A stretch of 64,000 nt of DNA from Bacteroidota bacterium (GTDB lineage Bacteria; Bacteroidota; Bacteroidia; B-17B0; Aurantibacillaceae), in assembly GCA_030692515.1 (NCBI GenBank), contig JAUXZS010000016.1:68313-132312 (forward strand), read 5' to 3'. Shown piece after piece: positions 47,641-57,221 of this stretch. Below the pieces are notes generated by a model. It searched no databases, was not told the DNA's origin, and saw only the letters and a program-made list of their open reading frames with translations. Both the position numbers and the translations under genes were made by a program. The number at the start of each line of letters is the position of its first letter. Position 1 is the stretch's first letter.

Positions 47641-48126
47641 TTAAATACACTTAAAATAATCGAACGCCTCTAAACAATCATTACACTTATAAAGCGCTTT
47701 ACAAGCAGTGCTTCCAAATTGAGAAATCATAATAGTATTTTTACTTTTACAACGCGGACAAGTAACGTTTTTTGGTTTGCCGGTTAAAAAAGATTTATCT
47801 GTAGTAATTTCTTCTGGTGGTGCAATACCGTATTCTTGTAATTTTAATTTTGCTTCTTCGCTCAGCCAGTCGGTTGTCCATGCAGGATTATAAACAGTTG
47901 TAATTTTTATATTTTCAAATCCTTGCTCCTGCATTTTTTTTCGAACATCATCTTCCATTTGCTTCATGGCAGGACAACCACTATAAGTAGGTGTAATAAT
48001 TATTTCAATGTCTTTACCAGAAATAATCACATCTCTTACTACCCCAAGCTCAACAATTGAGATTACAGGAATTTCAGGGTCAGGTATTTCAGAAAGAAGG
48101 GAGAATATGTTCTCTTTTGTTAGCAT
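47641..48126 (-). CDS. paaD: 1,2-phenylacetyl-CoA epoxidase subunit PaaD
   Basis: DPEIPVISIVELGVVRD, PTYSGCPA, and the C-terminal Cys4 ribbon CPRC...CKALYKCNDC. Confidence 0.85.
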   Translation of the reverse strand: MLTKENIFSLLSEIPDPEIPVISIVELGVVRDVIISGKDIEIIITPTYSGCPAMKQMEDDVRKKMQEQGFENIKITTVYNPAWTTDWLSEEAKLKLQEYGIAPPEEITTDKSFLTGKPKNVTCPRCKSKNTIMISQFGSTACKALYKCNDCLEAFDYFKCI

Positions 48127-48273
48127 TTAATTTTTTGCGAATTGTACTAAAAATAATTTTTACAAGATAAATATTGCAGCAATTATCATAATCACTATAA
48201 TTACTAAGTACTGCCATATATCAACAAAGTAGGGTGATATTTTTTTCCAAATATCTTTCATCTTAAATTATGT

Positions 48274-49032
48274 TTACCACTTTGCTGTTGGATGCATTCT
48301 TGGAATGGACTGCATCTCTGCAAGAATATAACTCAAATGCTCCGAATGTAATCCATTTCTACTACCACTATGCATATATAAACTTTCAGGTAAAACTAAA
48401 TTTGCTTTTACCAATAGTTGATTAATTTCTTTTTCCCATAAAGGTTTTAAAACGCTCAAATCTACAGCAATTCCTTTTTTTATTAATAGCGTATCAACTT
48501 CTGTCATTTCAAATAATTCTCCGGTGTAAGACCAAATATCATTTAAGCCATTTTGCAAACGGGTTAAACTTTCCTCTGTTCCATTTCCAAATCTATTTAC
48601 CCAACTAAAACTATGACGTTTGTGGTATGTAATTTCTTTTATTGATTTCTGAGCGATACCTGATAAAGTAACGTCTTTACTTTTTGCTAATTCAGTATAA
48701 AATAATAAATCAAAACAATCAATTAATGCTTGTCTTATTATAGTTTTAGCATAATCGCCGTTTGGCTGCTCAGTAATTAAAGCATTAAAATATTCTCTAT
48801 CGTTTCTAAAAAAAGCTAAATCATCTTCCGTTCTGCCTTTACCTTCTAATTTTGCTGCGTATTCCAACATGCTTTTTCCGCGACCAAAAATATCTAAGGC
48901 AATATTGGTTAAAGCTAAATCCTCTTCTAAAAATGGGCCATGTCCAGTCCATTCACATAAGCGTTGAGCCAAAATTAAACTTGTATCACCAAGTCGTAAA
49001 GTATATTTAAATAATGCTTCGTTATCCGACAT
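48274..49032 (-). CDS. paaC: 1,2-phenylacetyl-CoA epoxidase subunit PaaC
   Basis: The LGDTSLILAQRL.EW.GHGP.LEEDLALTNIALD block is typical of PaaC (PaaI in older naming). It lies in an operon with paaA, paaB and paaD. Confidence 0.85.
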   Translation of the reverse strand: MSDNEALFKYTLRLGDTSLILAQRLCEWTGHGPFLEEDLALTNIALDIFGRGKSMLEYAAKLEGKGRTEDDLAFFRNDREYFNALITEQPNGDYAKTIIRQALIDCFDLLFYTELAKSKDVTLSGIAQKSIKEITYHKRHSFSWVNRFGNGTEESLTRLQNGLNDIWSYTGELFEMTEVDTLLIKKGIAVDLSVLKPLWEKEINQLLVKANLVLPESLYMHSGSRNGLHSEHLSYILAEMQSIPRMHPTAKW

Positions 49033-49068
49033 TTATTTCTTGAATTAGAATTTTTAAATTTTATTTAT

Positions 49069-49359
49069 TTACATGTGACCTACTCCATCCGGAATTTGGT
49101 AGAAAGTAGGATGGCGATAAATTTTATCGTTTGCAGGTTCAAAAAACGAACCCATATCTTCCGGACTACTAGCCACTATGGCACTGCTTGGCACTACCCA
49201 AATAGACATTCCTTCGTTACGACGGGTATACAAATCGCGTGCGTTTTGTAAAGCCATTTCTTTATCATATGCATGCAAATTGCCGCAATGCACAAAGGGT
49301 TGCCCTGCTTTTTTTTGTAAAAATACTTCCCATAAAGGGCCTTGAGAATCGTTATTCAT
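49069..49359 (-). CDS. paaB: 1,2-phenylacetyl-CoA epoxidase subunit PaaB
   Basis: PLWEVFLQKK.GQPFVHCGNLHA.D.EMAL.NARDLYTRRNEG.SIWVVP...I.AS.P and YRHPTFY. Start placed at MNNDSQ. Confidence 0.88.
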   Translation of the reverse strand: MNNDSQGPLWEVFLQKKAGQPFVHCGNLHAYDKEMALQNARDLYTRRNEGMSIWVVPSSAIVASSPEDMGSFFEPANDKIYRHPTFYQIPDGVGHM

Positions 49360-49417
49360 CTTATTTTTGCTTGTGCATTTGTAAAAACTATGCAGCAAGA
49401 CTTTGTTTAATTAATTA

Positions 49418-50359
49418 TTATGCGGCTTGGTAATTTTCATTTTGTTTCTTAGCAAAAGCCATTGCAGCTTCGCGAACCCACGCACCTTCGTTATGAGATT
49501 TATTTCGGGAAGCTAAACGCTCTTTATTACAAGGTCCATTACCTTTTATTACGTTTTTAAATTCTGCCCAATTTGGTTCACTAAAATCAAAACCTTGCTT
49601 TTCTTCGTTCCATTTTAAATTTGGGTCAGGAACAGTTAACCCTAAATAATCTATTTGCGGCATAGATTGATTTACAAAACGCTGACGTAATTGATCATTT
49701 GTTTCACGCTTAATGCGCCATTTAATTGCGTTTTCGCTATTAGGACTTTCAACATCAGGTGGTCCAAACATCATTAAGGTTGGATACCACCAACGGTTAA
49801 GTGCATCCTGAGCCATTTCTTTTTGAGCCGGAGTACCAAAAGCTAAATGCGTCATCAATTCATAACCTTGTCGCTGATGAAAACTCTCTTCTTTACAAAT
49901 ACGCACCATTGCTCGGGCGTAAGGACCATATGATGTACGTTGCAACATCACTTGATTCATAATTGCAGCCCCATCCACTAACCATCCAACAGCGCCAACA
50001 TCAGCCCATGTTAAGGTTGGGTAATTAAAAATGGATGAGTATTTTGCTTTCCCCGTGTGTAACGCATCTAACATCTCATCGCGGCTAGTACCTAAAGATT
50101 CTGCAGCGGTATATAAATATAAACCATGCCCTCCTTCATCCTGTACTTTTGCTAATAGAACTAATTTTGAGCGTAAGCTCGGTGCACGTGTAATCCAATT
50201 ACCCTCAGGCAACATCCCAACAATTTCGCTATGAGCGTGTTGTGATATCTGACGAATTAAATGTTTCCTATAATTATCAGGCATCCAATCCTTTGGTTCA
50301 ATCATTTCATTTTTAGCTAATTTAGCCTCAAATAATTCCTCAAAATTTATAACTCCCAT
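49418..50359 (-). CDS. paaA: 1,2-phenylacetyl-CoA epoxidase catalytic subunit PaaA
   Basis: Di-iron ferritin-like blocks [23 protein letters not shown] and [10 protein letters not shown]. Confidence 0.9.
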   Translation of the reverse strand: MGVINFEELFEAKLAKNEMIEPKDWMPDNYRKHLIRQISQHAHSEIVGMLPEGNWITRAPSLRSKLVLLAKVQDEGGHGLYLYTAAESLGTSRDEMLDALHTGKAKYSSIFNYPTLTWADVGAVGWLVDGAAIMNQVMLQRTSYGPYARAMVRICKEESFHQRQGYELMTHLAFGTPAQKEMAQDALNRWWYPTLMMFGPPDVESPNSENAIKWRIKRETNDQLRQRFVNQSMPQIDYLGLTVPDPNLKWNEEKQGFDFSEPNWAEFKNVIKGNGPCNKERLASRNKSHNEGAWVREAAMAFAKKQNENYQAA

Positions 50360-50381
50360 ATTTAACAAAATTATATTCTTA

Positions 50382-50389
50382 CAAAGATA
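50382..50389 (-). promoter_or_regulatory. -7 box TATCTTTG upstream of paaA
   Basis: The reverse complement of CAAAGATA matches TAnnTTTG, 22 nt before the ATG at 50359. Confidence 0.4.
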
Positions 50390-50410
50390 GGATTAATGCG
50401 GTTTTAATCC
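50390..50410. promoter_or_regulatory. palindrome GGATTAA-N7-TTAATCC between the divergent paa promoters (candidate operator)
   Basis: Perfect 7-bp inverted arms immediately upstream of the paaA -7 box. A second palindrome, ATGAATTCAT, lies at 50420-50429. Confidence 0.3.
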
Positions 50411-50481
50411 AAAAAATTGATGAATTCATAACTTGAGTTGGTCGTATTCTCAAATAAATTTTTTTATCGCCTCTAAAGCCC

Positions 50482-50489
50482 TATTTTTG
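50482..50489 (+). promoter_or_regulatory. -7 box TATTTTTG upstream of paaE
   Basis: Matches TAnnTTTG, 18 nt before the ATG at 50508. Confidence 0.4.
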
Positions 50490-50507
50490 CAAACAATTTA
50501 TTGACTT

Positions 50508-51572
50508 ATGGCACGTTTTCACACCTTAAAAGTAAAAGATATTAAACGCGAAACTTCTGATGCAGTTTCTGTAGCTTTTGAAGTTCCACCGCAACAACAA
50601 CCCGAATATCAGTTTAAGCAAGGGCAATATATTACCTTAAAACTAACTGTAAATGGGGAAGAACTTCGTAGATCATATAGTTTATGCTCTAGTCCATACG
50701 AAAAAGAAATACGTGTGGCAATTAAAGAAGTTGCGGGAGGAAAAGTGTCCACTTTTATCAATAGAGAATTAAAAGTTGGTGCAAGCGTGGAAGTGATGAC
50801 CCCAATGGGTTCATTTAATACCGTTTTATCTGGTGGAAATAAAAAAAATTACGTTTTATTTGGTGGCGGGAGTGGGATTACACCAATGATGAGCATTATT
50901 AAAAGTGTATTATATGTCGAAAAACAAAGTACAATTACTTTGATTTATGCTAACAAAAATGAAGAAAGTACAATTTTTAAATCAGACTTAGATAATTTAG
51001 CAAATACAAATCCGAATTTAAAAGTTGTATATATTTTTGATCAACCAACACATAAAATTTCTGACTTACAAACCGGAATTATTACAACTGGGAAAGCTAA
51101 AGAACTTATAGCAAATTTTGGAGGAGTTAATGCAGATGAATATTTTATTTGTGGTCCTGCTCAAATGATGGAAAATGTTAAAACTACATTAGAAGATTTA
51201 AAAATTGCCAAAGAAAAAATACACATTGAATACTTTAACGCTGTAATTGAGGCTTCAATTACAGCAGAAAATAACTCTCTTGGAGTTAATGTAAAATCAA
51301 AAATAAAAGTATTACAATATGGTATTGAAACTGATTTTGAATTACAAACAAGCAGCATTAGTATTTTAGACGCTGCAATAGAAGCTGGTGTTGATGCTCC
51401 ATTTAGTTGTAAAGGAGCTGTTTGCTGTACCTGCAGGGCTAAAGTATTAGAAGGAAAAGTAAGAATGGATGCTAACTTTGCTTTAACCGATGCTGAGGTC
51501 GAAGAAGGTTTTATTTTAACCTGTCAATCTCACCCACTAACCGAAAAGGTAGTTATTGATTACGACGCCTAA
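50508..51572 (+). CDS. paaE: phenylacetyl-CoA epoxidase reductase subunit PaaE (FNR-like plus plant-type 2Fe-2S)
   Basis: RSYSLCS flavin motif, GGGSGITPMMS NAD motif, and the C-terminal CKGAVCCTC...C ferredoxin cluster. Confidence 0.88.
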   Translation: MARFHTLKVKDIKRETSDAVSVAFEVPPQQQPEYQFKQGQYITLKLTVNGEELRRSYSLCSSPYEKEIRVAIKEVAGGKVSTFINRELKVGASVEVMTPMGSFNTVLSGGNKKNYVLFGGGSGITPMMSIIKSVLYVEKQSTITLIYANKNEESTIFKSDLDNLANTNPNLKVVYIFDQPTHKISDLQTGIITTGKAKELIANFGGVNADEYFICGPAQMMENVKTTLEDLKIAKEKIHIEYFNAVIEASITAENNSLGVNVKSKIKVLQYGIETDFELQTSSISILDAAIEAGVDAPFSCKGAVCCTCRAKVLEGKVRMDANFALTDAEVEEGFILTCQSHPLTEKVVIDYDA

Positions 51573-51589
51573 TTAAAATTTTTCTTTTT

Positions 51590-52294
51590 CTATCTATAGA
51601 TTTCTATTAAAAATCTACCCAAATTATAATTAAATTTTAGTGGTATATTTTTACTAAATTTTACTTTTACTGGGTTTAATTGAAAATTATCCGGGTTAAA
51701 TTTATCGCTGGATTTGTTATATATCACATAAAAAACAGATTGATTGTTATTCGGGAAACTCTCACCTACACTTTTGGCCTTATTGTTAGCTAAAGATAAT
51801 TTGTATAACTCATAAGGTTTTGCAAAAATTTTATAATACTTTTTCGTATCAAAATTTATTTTATTTTGATTAAGAAAAAAACAAGCGGTATCATTTATTG
51901 AGCGGCTTTGATTAAAAACATACACCGCATTTTTATTTACTTTTCGGTTATTTATTTTAATAAAATTTTCTCCGGCAAAAAAAAGTTTAAGAATAGCGGT
52001 GGCCGATTCAGCATCTTCTTGGTAATTTTCTAAAACATATAAATTAGCACCTAATTCTTTTGCCTTATTTTTAAGCAAATTATGCCACTTACCAACGATT
52101 TGATTTTCGTGATTTCCCGATATTTTTACTTCTGCAATAAATGTAATTTTATTTGTATCGTTTATTTCTTCTAGGTATTGCATTTCGGTAACAAAATAAT
52201 CATGCTTAAAAGATGACTGCTTAATCACTTCTATGTTTTGGCCAAAACAAAAAAAGAAATTGAAATAGAAAAATAAAAGGCAAAAAAATTTCAT
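51590..52294 (-). CDS. hypothetical secreted protein
   Basis: Signal-like MKFFCLLFFYFNFFFCFGQ. No domain recognised. Confidence 0.35.
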   Translation of the reverse strand: MKFFCLLFFYFNFFFCFGQNIEVIKQSSFKHDYFVTEMQYLEEINDTNKITFIAEVKISGNHENQIVGKWHNLLKNKAKELGANLYVLENYQEDAESATAILKLFFAGENFIKINNRKVNKNAVYVFNQSRSINDTACFFLNQNKINFDTKKYYKIFAKPYELYKLSLANNKAKSVGESFPNNNQSVFYVIYNKSSDKFNPDNFQLNPVKVKFSKNIPLKFNYNLGRFLIEIYR

Positions 52295-52343
52295 GATATT
52301 GAATGTACTAAAAAAAATCAAACAAGAATGTTTAGAGTAAATT

Positions 52344-52883
52344 TTAAAGTTCCTTTTTTAACGAATGCCGAAAAATTTCCCAAAGAACAATACCAATGCT
52401 TACAGATATATTCAAAGAATGTTTAGTGCCCGCTTGTGGAATTTCAATTACTCCGTCGCAAACATTAATCACTTCTTGCTCTACCCCATAAACTTCGTTA
52501 CCGAAAAACAAAGCTATTTTTTCATCAAAAGAATTAAATGTATTCAAAGGCGTGCTTTTTGTAGCTTGTTCAACTGCAAAAAGTTTATATTTTTTTTGTG
52601 TTAAAAATTCAGCTGCATCTAAAGTTGTTTTAAAATACGACCACTTTACAGTAGATGTAGCGCCTAGTGCCGTTTTTTCGATTTCTTTATTTGGCGGGGT
52701 TCCGGTAACGCCACACAAAATAATTTCTTCAATTAAAAAAGCATCTGCGGTTCTAAATGCTGAACCAACATTATTTAAACTTCTTACATTATCTAATACA
52801 ACCACTACAGCTTGTTTTACTGTATGTTTAAATTCATCAACACTAAGCCTATTCAGTTCCTCGTTCTTTAATTTTTGGTTCAT
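52344..52883 (-). CDS. TrmH/SpoU-family RNA methyltransferase (short form)
   Basis: LDNVRSLNNVGSAFRTADAF, LFFGNEVYGV and IPQ.G...SLN.SVS.GI SpoU motifs. Confidence 0.7.
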   Translation of the reverse strand: MNQKLKNEELNRLSVDEFKHTVKQAVVVVLDNVRSLNNVGSAFRTADAFLIEEIILCGVTGTPPNKEIEKTALGATSTVKWSYFKTTLDAAEFLTQKKYKLFAVEQATKSTPLNTFNSFDEKIALFFGNEVYGVEQEVINVCDGVIEIPQAGTKHSLNISVSIGIVLWEIFRHSLKKEL

Positions 52884-52945
52884 TTTAAGGCGTTATTTAT
52901 CAATTTAAATACTTATATTTATCCATTAAAAATAGATACTTTTTT

Positions 52946-53926
52946 GTGAAGATAAGTAAAGAATTTAAAATAGGAATTGTAGTATTATCTGCTATTGCCG
53001 CCTTTATTTGGGGTGTTAATTTTTTAAAAGGCTCAAATATTTTTTCACATAAATATTATTTATACGCAGTTTATCCAAAAATCGACAATTTAATTCCCGC
53101 CAATCCAGTTTTAATAAATGGCTATAAGATTGGCCAGATTACAGACATTTCGTTATTTCAGCAAGGGGGGAAAAATAAAGTTTTAGTTAAGTTTTTATTA
53201 ACTGAAGATATATTGATTCCCAAAGGTTCTATTGCAAAAGCTGTTAGTTCCGATTTATTAGGTTCAAAAGCAGTTGAAATTATCTATAGCAATCAAATAG
53301 AGTATGTAAAAAGCGGAGATACATTAATTGCTGCAACCGAAGAAGGTTTTAAAGAATCGCTAGATAAACGTATTGCTCCAATTCAAGCTAAAGCAGAAAA
53401 TTTAATCAACAGTATGGATAGCGTTATGTCTGTTGTTAATTTAATTTTAAATACTAAAACTAGAGATAATCTTGATAAATCTTTTGAAAGTGTAAGGAAG
53501 GCGATTTTAACTTTAGAACAAACAGCTTATAAATTAGATGATTTAGTTGGTTCAGAAAAAGTTAAGATTTCTAGCGTCATGTCTAATTTAAATCAAATCA
53601 CAACTAATCTTAATAAAAACGGGCAAAAAATTGACAACATTATTAACAATGTTAGCAGCATGACAGATAGTTTGGCAAAAGCACAACTTAAAGACGCGAT
53701 TGCTAACGCAGATCAATCAATGAAGCAATTAAATATAATGCTTGCTAAAATAAATGAAGGTCAGGGAACTTTAGGTAAACTAGCCAAAAATGATTCCTTA
53801 TACAATAACTTAAATAAATCATCTGAAGACTTAGATAAATTGCTTAAAGATTTACGTTTAAATCCTGAACGCTATATCCATTTCTCAGTTTTTGGACGGA
53901 AATCTAGTAAACCAACAAAAAATTAA
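52946..53926 (+). CDS. MlaD/MCE-domain protein
   Basis: N-terminal TM anchor, an MCE core (V..NGYKIGQITDI...) and a long helical C-terminus. GTG start. Confidence 0.7.
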   Translation: MKISKEFKIGIVVLSAIAAFIWGVNFLKGSNIFSHKYYLYAVYPKIDNLIPANPVLINGYKIGQITDISLFQQGGKNKVLVKFLLTEDILIPKGSIAKAVSSDLLGSKAVEIIYSNQIEYVKSGDTLIAATEEGFKESLDKRIAPIQAKAENLINSMDSVMSVVNLILNTKTRDNLDKSFESVRKAILTLEQTAYKLDDLVGSEKVKISSVMSNLNQITTNLNKNGQKIDNIINNVSSMTDSLAKAQLKDAIANADQSMKQLNIMLAKINEGQGTLGKLAKNDSLYNNLNKSSEDLDKLLKDLRLNPERYIHFSVFGRKSSKPTKN

Positions 53927-53928
53927 AA

Positions 53929-55254
53929 ATGATTAGTTCTATTATTTTTTCTTTACTTCTAATTGGAGCGTCTGTCTTCTTTTTTATTAATGTAAAAAAA
54001 ATTAGAAGAAATATTCTTTTAGGAAGAGATGTTTCTTTTTCTGGTAACACTTCTGATAGAATAAAAACAATGGTTTTAGTTGCTTTTGGTCAACAAAAAA
54101 TGTTCGCTCGACCAATTCCTGCTATACTCCATTTCTTTTTATATTCGGCCTTTATTATCACTCAAATAGAATTACTTGAAATTGTATTTGATGGCGTTGC
54201 TGGAAGTCATCGTGCATTCAGAGCTTCGTTAGGAGGGTTTTACACATTCATGGTTAGTTTTATTGAAATACTTTCTGTTCTTGCTTTTATTGGTACGGTT
54301 GCTTTTTTGGCAAGACGAAATTTATTAAAAGTACCGCGTTTAATAAAAAGTGAATTAAATGGTTGGCCAAAATTAGACGCTAACTTAATTTTAATTGGAG
54401 AAATTACTTTAATCTGTTTTATTTTTATGATGAATGGTGCCGACGAAGTTTTGTATTCAAAAAATTTATCTCATGCAACTAACCTTGGCGATGGCTCATT
54501 AAACTTTTCTATTAGCCGTCATTTAGGGCCCCTACTTTTTGGAGGATTATCAGAAAATGGTTTACACACCATTGAACGAATTGGTTGGTGGGGACATATT
54601 TTAATGGTTTTGGGATTTTTAAATTTCTTACCCTATTCAAAGCATTTGCATATTGTTTTAGGTTTCCCAAATACTTTTTATTCTAATTTAAAACCAAAAG
54701 GCGAATTCACAACATTAGAATCTGTGACTGATGTTGTGGCTCCAAATTTTGACCCTAATTATGTTGCTAAAACAGACCCTAACAATCCTGTGCGTTTTGG
54801 TGCAAAAGATGTTCAAGACCTTAATTGGAAAAATTTGATGGATGCTTACAGTTGTACAGAATGTGGAAGGTGTACCTCTGCTTGTCCACAAAGTATAACA
54901 GGTAAATTATTATCGCCACGTAAAATTATGATGGATACGCGTGATAGATTAGAGGAAGTTGGCAAAAATATGGATGCTAATAAAGGAACTTTTGTTGATG
55001 ATGGCAAATCATTGTTAGGTGATTACATAAAACATGAAGAAATATGGGCCTGCAATACTTGTAATGCTTGCGTTCAAGAATGTCCTGTAAACATTGATCC
55101 TTTAGCAATTATAGTTGAATTAAGAAGATATTTAGTGATGGAAGAAAGTAATAGTCCGAGTGAATTAAATACAATGTTTACTAATATTGAAAACAATGGA
55201 GCACCTTGGCAATTTAGTCAGGCCGACAGAGCAAATTGGATTAAAGAATCTTAA
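53929..55254 (+). CDS. membrane-bound Fe-S oxidoreductase: NarI/DsrM-like TM domain fused to a 2x[4Fe-4S] ferredoxin domain
   Basis: About 5-6 TM helices with His in helices (ILHFFLY, WWGHILMV, SKHLHIV). C-terminal CTECGRCTSACP and CNTCNACVQECP. Confidence 0.65.
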   Translation: MISSIIFSLLLIGASVFFFINVKKIRRNILLGRDVSFSGNTSDRIKTMVLVAFGQQKMFARPIPAILHFFLYSAFIITQIELLEIVFDGVAGSHRAFRASLGGFYTFMVSFIEILSVLAFIGTVAFLARRNLLKVPRLIKSELNGWPKLDANLILIGEITLICFIFMMNGADEVLYSKNLSHATNLGDGSLNFSISRHLGPLLFGGLSENGLHTIERIGWWGHILMVLGFLNFLPYSKHLHIVLGFPNTFYSNLKPKGEFTTLESVTDVVAPNFDPNYVAKTDPNNPVRFGAKDVQDLNWKNLMDAYSCTECGRCTSACPQSITGKLLSPRKIMMDTRDRLEEVGKNMDANKGTFVDDGKSLLGDYIKHEEIWACNTCNACVQECPVNIDPLAIIVELRRYLVMEESNSPSELNTMFTNIENNGAPWQFSQADRANWIKES

Positions 55255-55291
55255 ATTATTATTTTAATACATTTTAATAAAACTTTTAAAT

Positions 55292-56080
55292 ATGTCAACA
55301 ATAAAAGTTCCAACAATGCAAGAAATGATTGCCAATGGCGAAACCCCTGATATATTATTTTGGGTTGGTTGCAGTGGGAGTTTTGACGATCGTGCAAAAA
55401 AAATAACCAAAGCAATTGTTCGAATTTTAAATCATGTTAACATTAAATTTGCAGTATTAGGTGCTGAAGAAGGCTGTACTGGAGATCCGGCAAAGCGTGC
55501 AGGAAATGAATTTTTATTCCAAATGCAAGCCATGCAAAACATTAATGTAATAAATGGTTATAACATTAAAAAAATAGTTACTGGCTGCCCACATTGTTTT
55601 AACACAATTAAAAACGAATATCCTGCTCTAGGAGGCAATTATGAAGTTGTTCATCACACACAACTAGTGCAAGAATTAATTGATCAAGGTAAATTAAAAG
55701 TACAAGGTGGAGAATTTAAAGGGAAAAAAATTGTTTTTCATGACCCTTGTTATTTAGGTAGAGGTAACGGTGTATATGAGGCACCTCGCGAAATAATTAA
55801 AAAGTTGGATGTTGAATTAGCCGAAATGAAGCGTAGTAAAGCTAACGGTTTGTGTTGTGGTGCGGGCGGCGCTCAAATGTTTAAAGAAGCTGAAAAAGGA
55901 AATAAAGAAGTTAATGTAGAAAGAGCTGAAGAAGCTTTAGCTTTAAATCCCGATGTTATTGCAGTTGGTTGTCCGTTTTGTAATACTATGATGACGGATG
56001 GCGTTAAACATTTCAATAAAGAAGAAAAAACTAAAGTTTTAGATATTGCCGAATTAATAGCCAGCGCAAATGACCTTTAA
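55292..56080 (+). CDS. CCG-domain (HdrD/GlpC-type cysteine-rich) Fe-S protein
   Basis: Two CCG-like repeats: W.GCSGSF...GCPHCFNT and DPCYLGR...CCGAGG...VGCPFCNTM. Confidence 0.7.
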   Translation: MSTIKVPTMQEMIANGETPDILFWVGCSGSFDDRAKKITKAIVRILNHVNIKFAVLGAEEGCTGDPAKRAGNEFLFQMQAMQNINVINGYNIKKIVTGCPHCFNTIKNEYPALGGNYEVVHHTQLVQELIDQGKLKVQGGEFKGKKIVFHDPCYLGRGNGVYEAPREIIKKLDVELAEMKRSKANGLCCGAGGAQMFKEAEKGNKEVNVERAEEALALNPDVIAVGCPFCNTMMTDGVKHFNKEEKTKVLDIAELIASANDL

Positions 56081-57116
56081 TAATACTAAAAATTCATTTA
56101 TTTGCTTTTCATTGCTTTTCATTTTTACGATGGCATTAAATGGTTGTAAAAATAATTCTTTAGAGCAAACCGATACTGAAATTAAAACATCTGATAGTTT
56201 AAGTATTAAATTAAATTCACCTGAATTAAAAGCTATTAATTTAAAACTCTTAAACGATCCAAACAATGCCGAATTATATAATACGCGAGCCTCTATTTAC
56301 ATTTCACTAAAACAATTACCAGAAGCTATAAACGATTCAAAACGTTGTATTAAATTAGATAGTACAAAATCTGAATATTATATGACATTGGTTGATGCTT
56401 ATTATTCTCAAAACAATACGCGCTCAGCAAAGGACCTTTTAGAAATAATTGAGAAAAAGTTTCCCGAAAATACCGAAGCTTTATTAAAACTATCTGAATT
56501 ATTCTATTTAGTTAAACAATATCAAAAAGGAATTGATTATGTAAACAAGGCTTTAAAAATTAATGACAGGTTAGCAAAGGCATATTATTTAAAAGGTAGT
56601 ATTTATAGAGAAAGTGGAGATACAGCTAGGGCAATATCGAGTTTGCAAACCGCTATTGAGCAAGATAACAAATACGAAAACGCCTTTATTGATATGGGTT
56701 TAATGTATGCCGCAAGAAAAAATCCAATCGCTTTAGAATATTATAATAATGCTTTAAAAGTTAATCCTTATAACGAAAACACTATTTATGCTCGCGCTAA
56801 ATTATTGCAAGATATTGGCAAAACTGATGAAGCAATAACAGAGTACAACTCTATTTTACAAAAAAATAAAAGTTGCGAAAACTGTTATTACAATCTTGGC
56901 GCAATTTATTTAGAGATAAAAAAAGATAACAAAACGGCTTTGGAAAATTTTACAAACGCAATCATGCTTAATCCTAATTTTGCGCAAGCTTATTTTGCTA
57001 GAGGATATACCTACGCAAAATTAAAAGACAAGGAAAGCGCCAAAGCAGATTACAACATGTGCCTAAAAATTCAACCAAATTTTGAAGCCGCAATACAGGC
57101 ACTAAACGAACTTTAG
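56070..57116 (+). CDS. TPR-repeat lipoprotein
   Basis: Lipobox ALNGC followed by about 8 TPR units (AELYNTRASIY, AKAYYLKGSIY, AQAYFARGYTY, and others). Confidence 0.6.
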   Translation: MTFNNTKNSFICFSLLFIFTMALNGCKNNSLEQTDTEIKTSDSLSIKLNSPELKAINLKLLNDPNNAELYNTRASIYISLKQLPEAINDSKRCIKLDSTKSEYYMTLVDAYYSQNNTRSAKDLLEIIEKKFPENTEALLKLSELFYLVKQYQKGIDYVNKALKINDRLAKAYYLKGSIYRESGDTARAISSLQTAIEQDNKYENAFIDMGLMYAARKNPIALEYYNNALKVNPYNENTIYARAKLLQDIGKTDEAITEYNSILQKNKSCENCYYNLGAIYLEIKKDNKTALENFTNAIMLNPNFAQAYFARGYTYAKLKDKESAKADYNMCLKIQPNFEAAIQALNEL

Positions 57117-57221
57117 GTCGTTTATTTATTCTTTTTTAGCTTAATCCCTGTTATTTGTTGACAAAAAGGTTTTACCTTAATTATTAATCTTTTATATTTA
57201 TGGTATAATCAAAAAACACAA

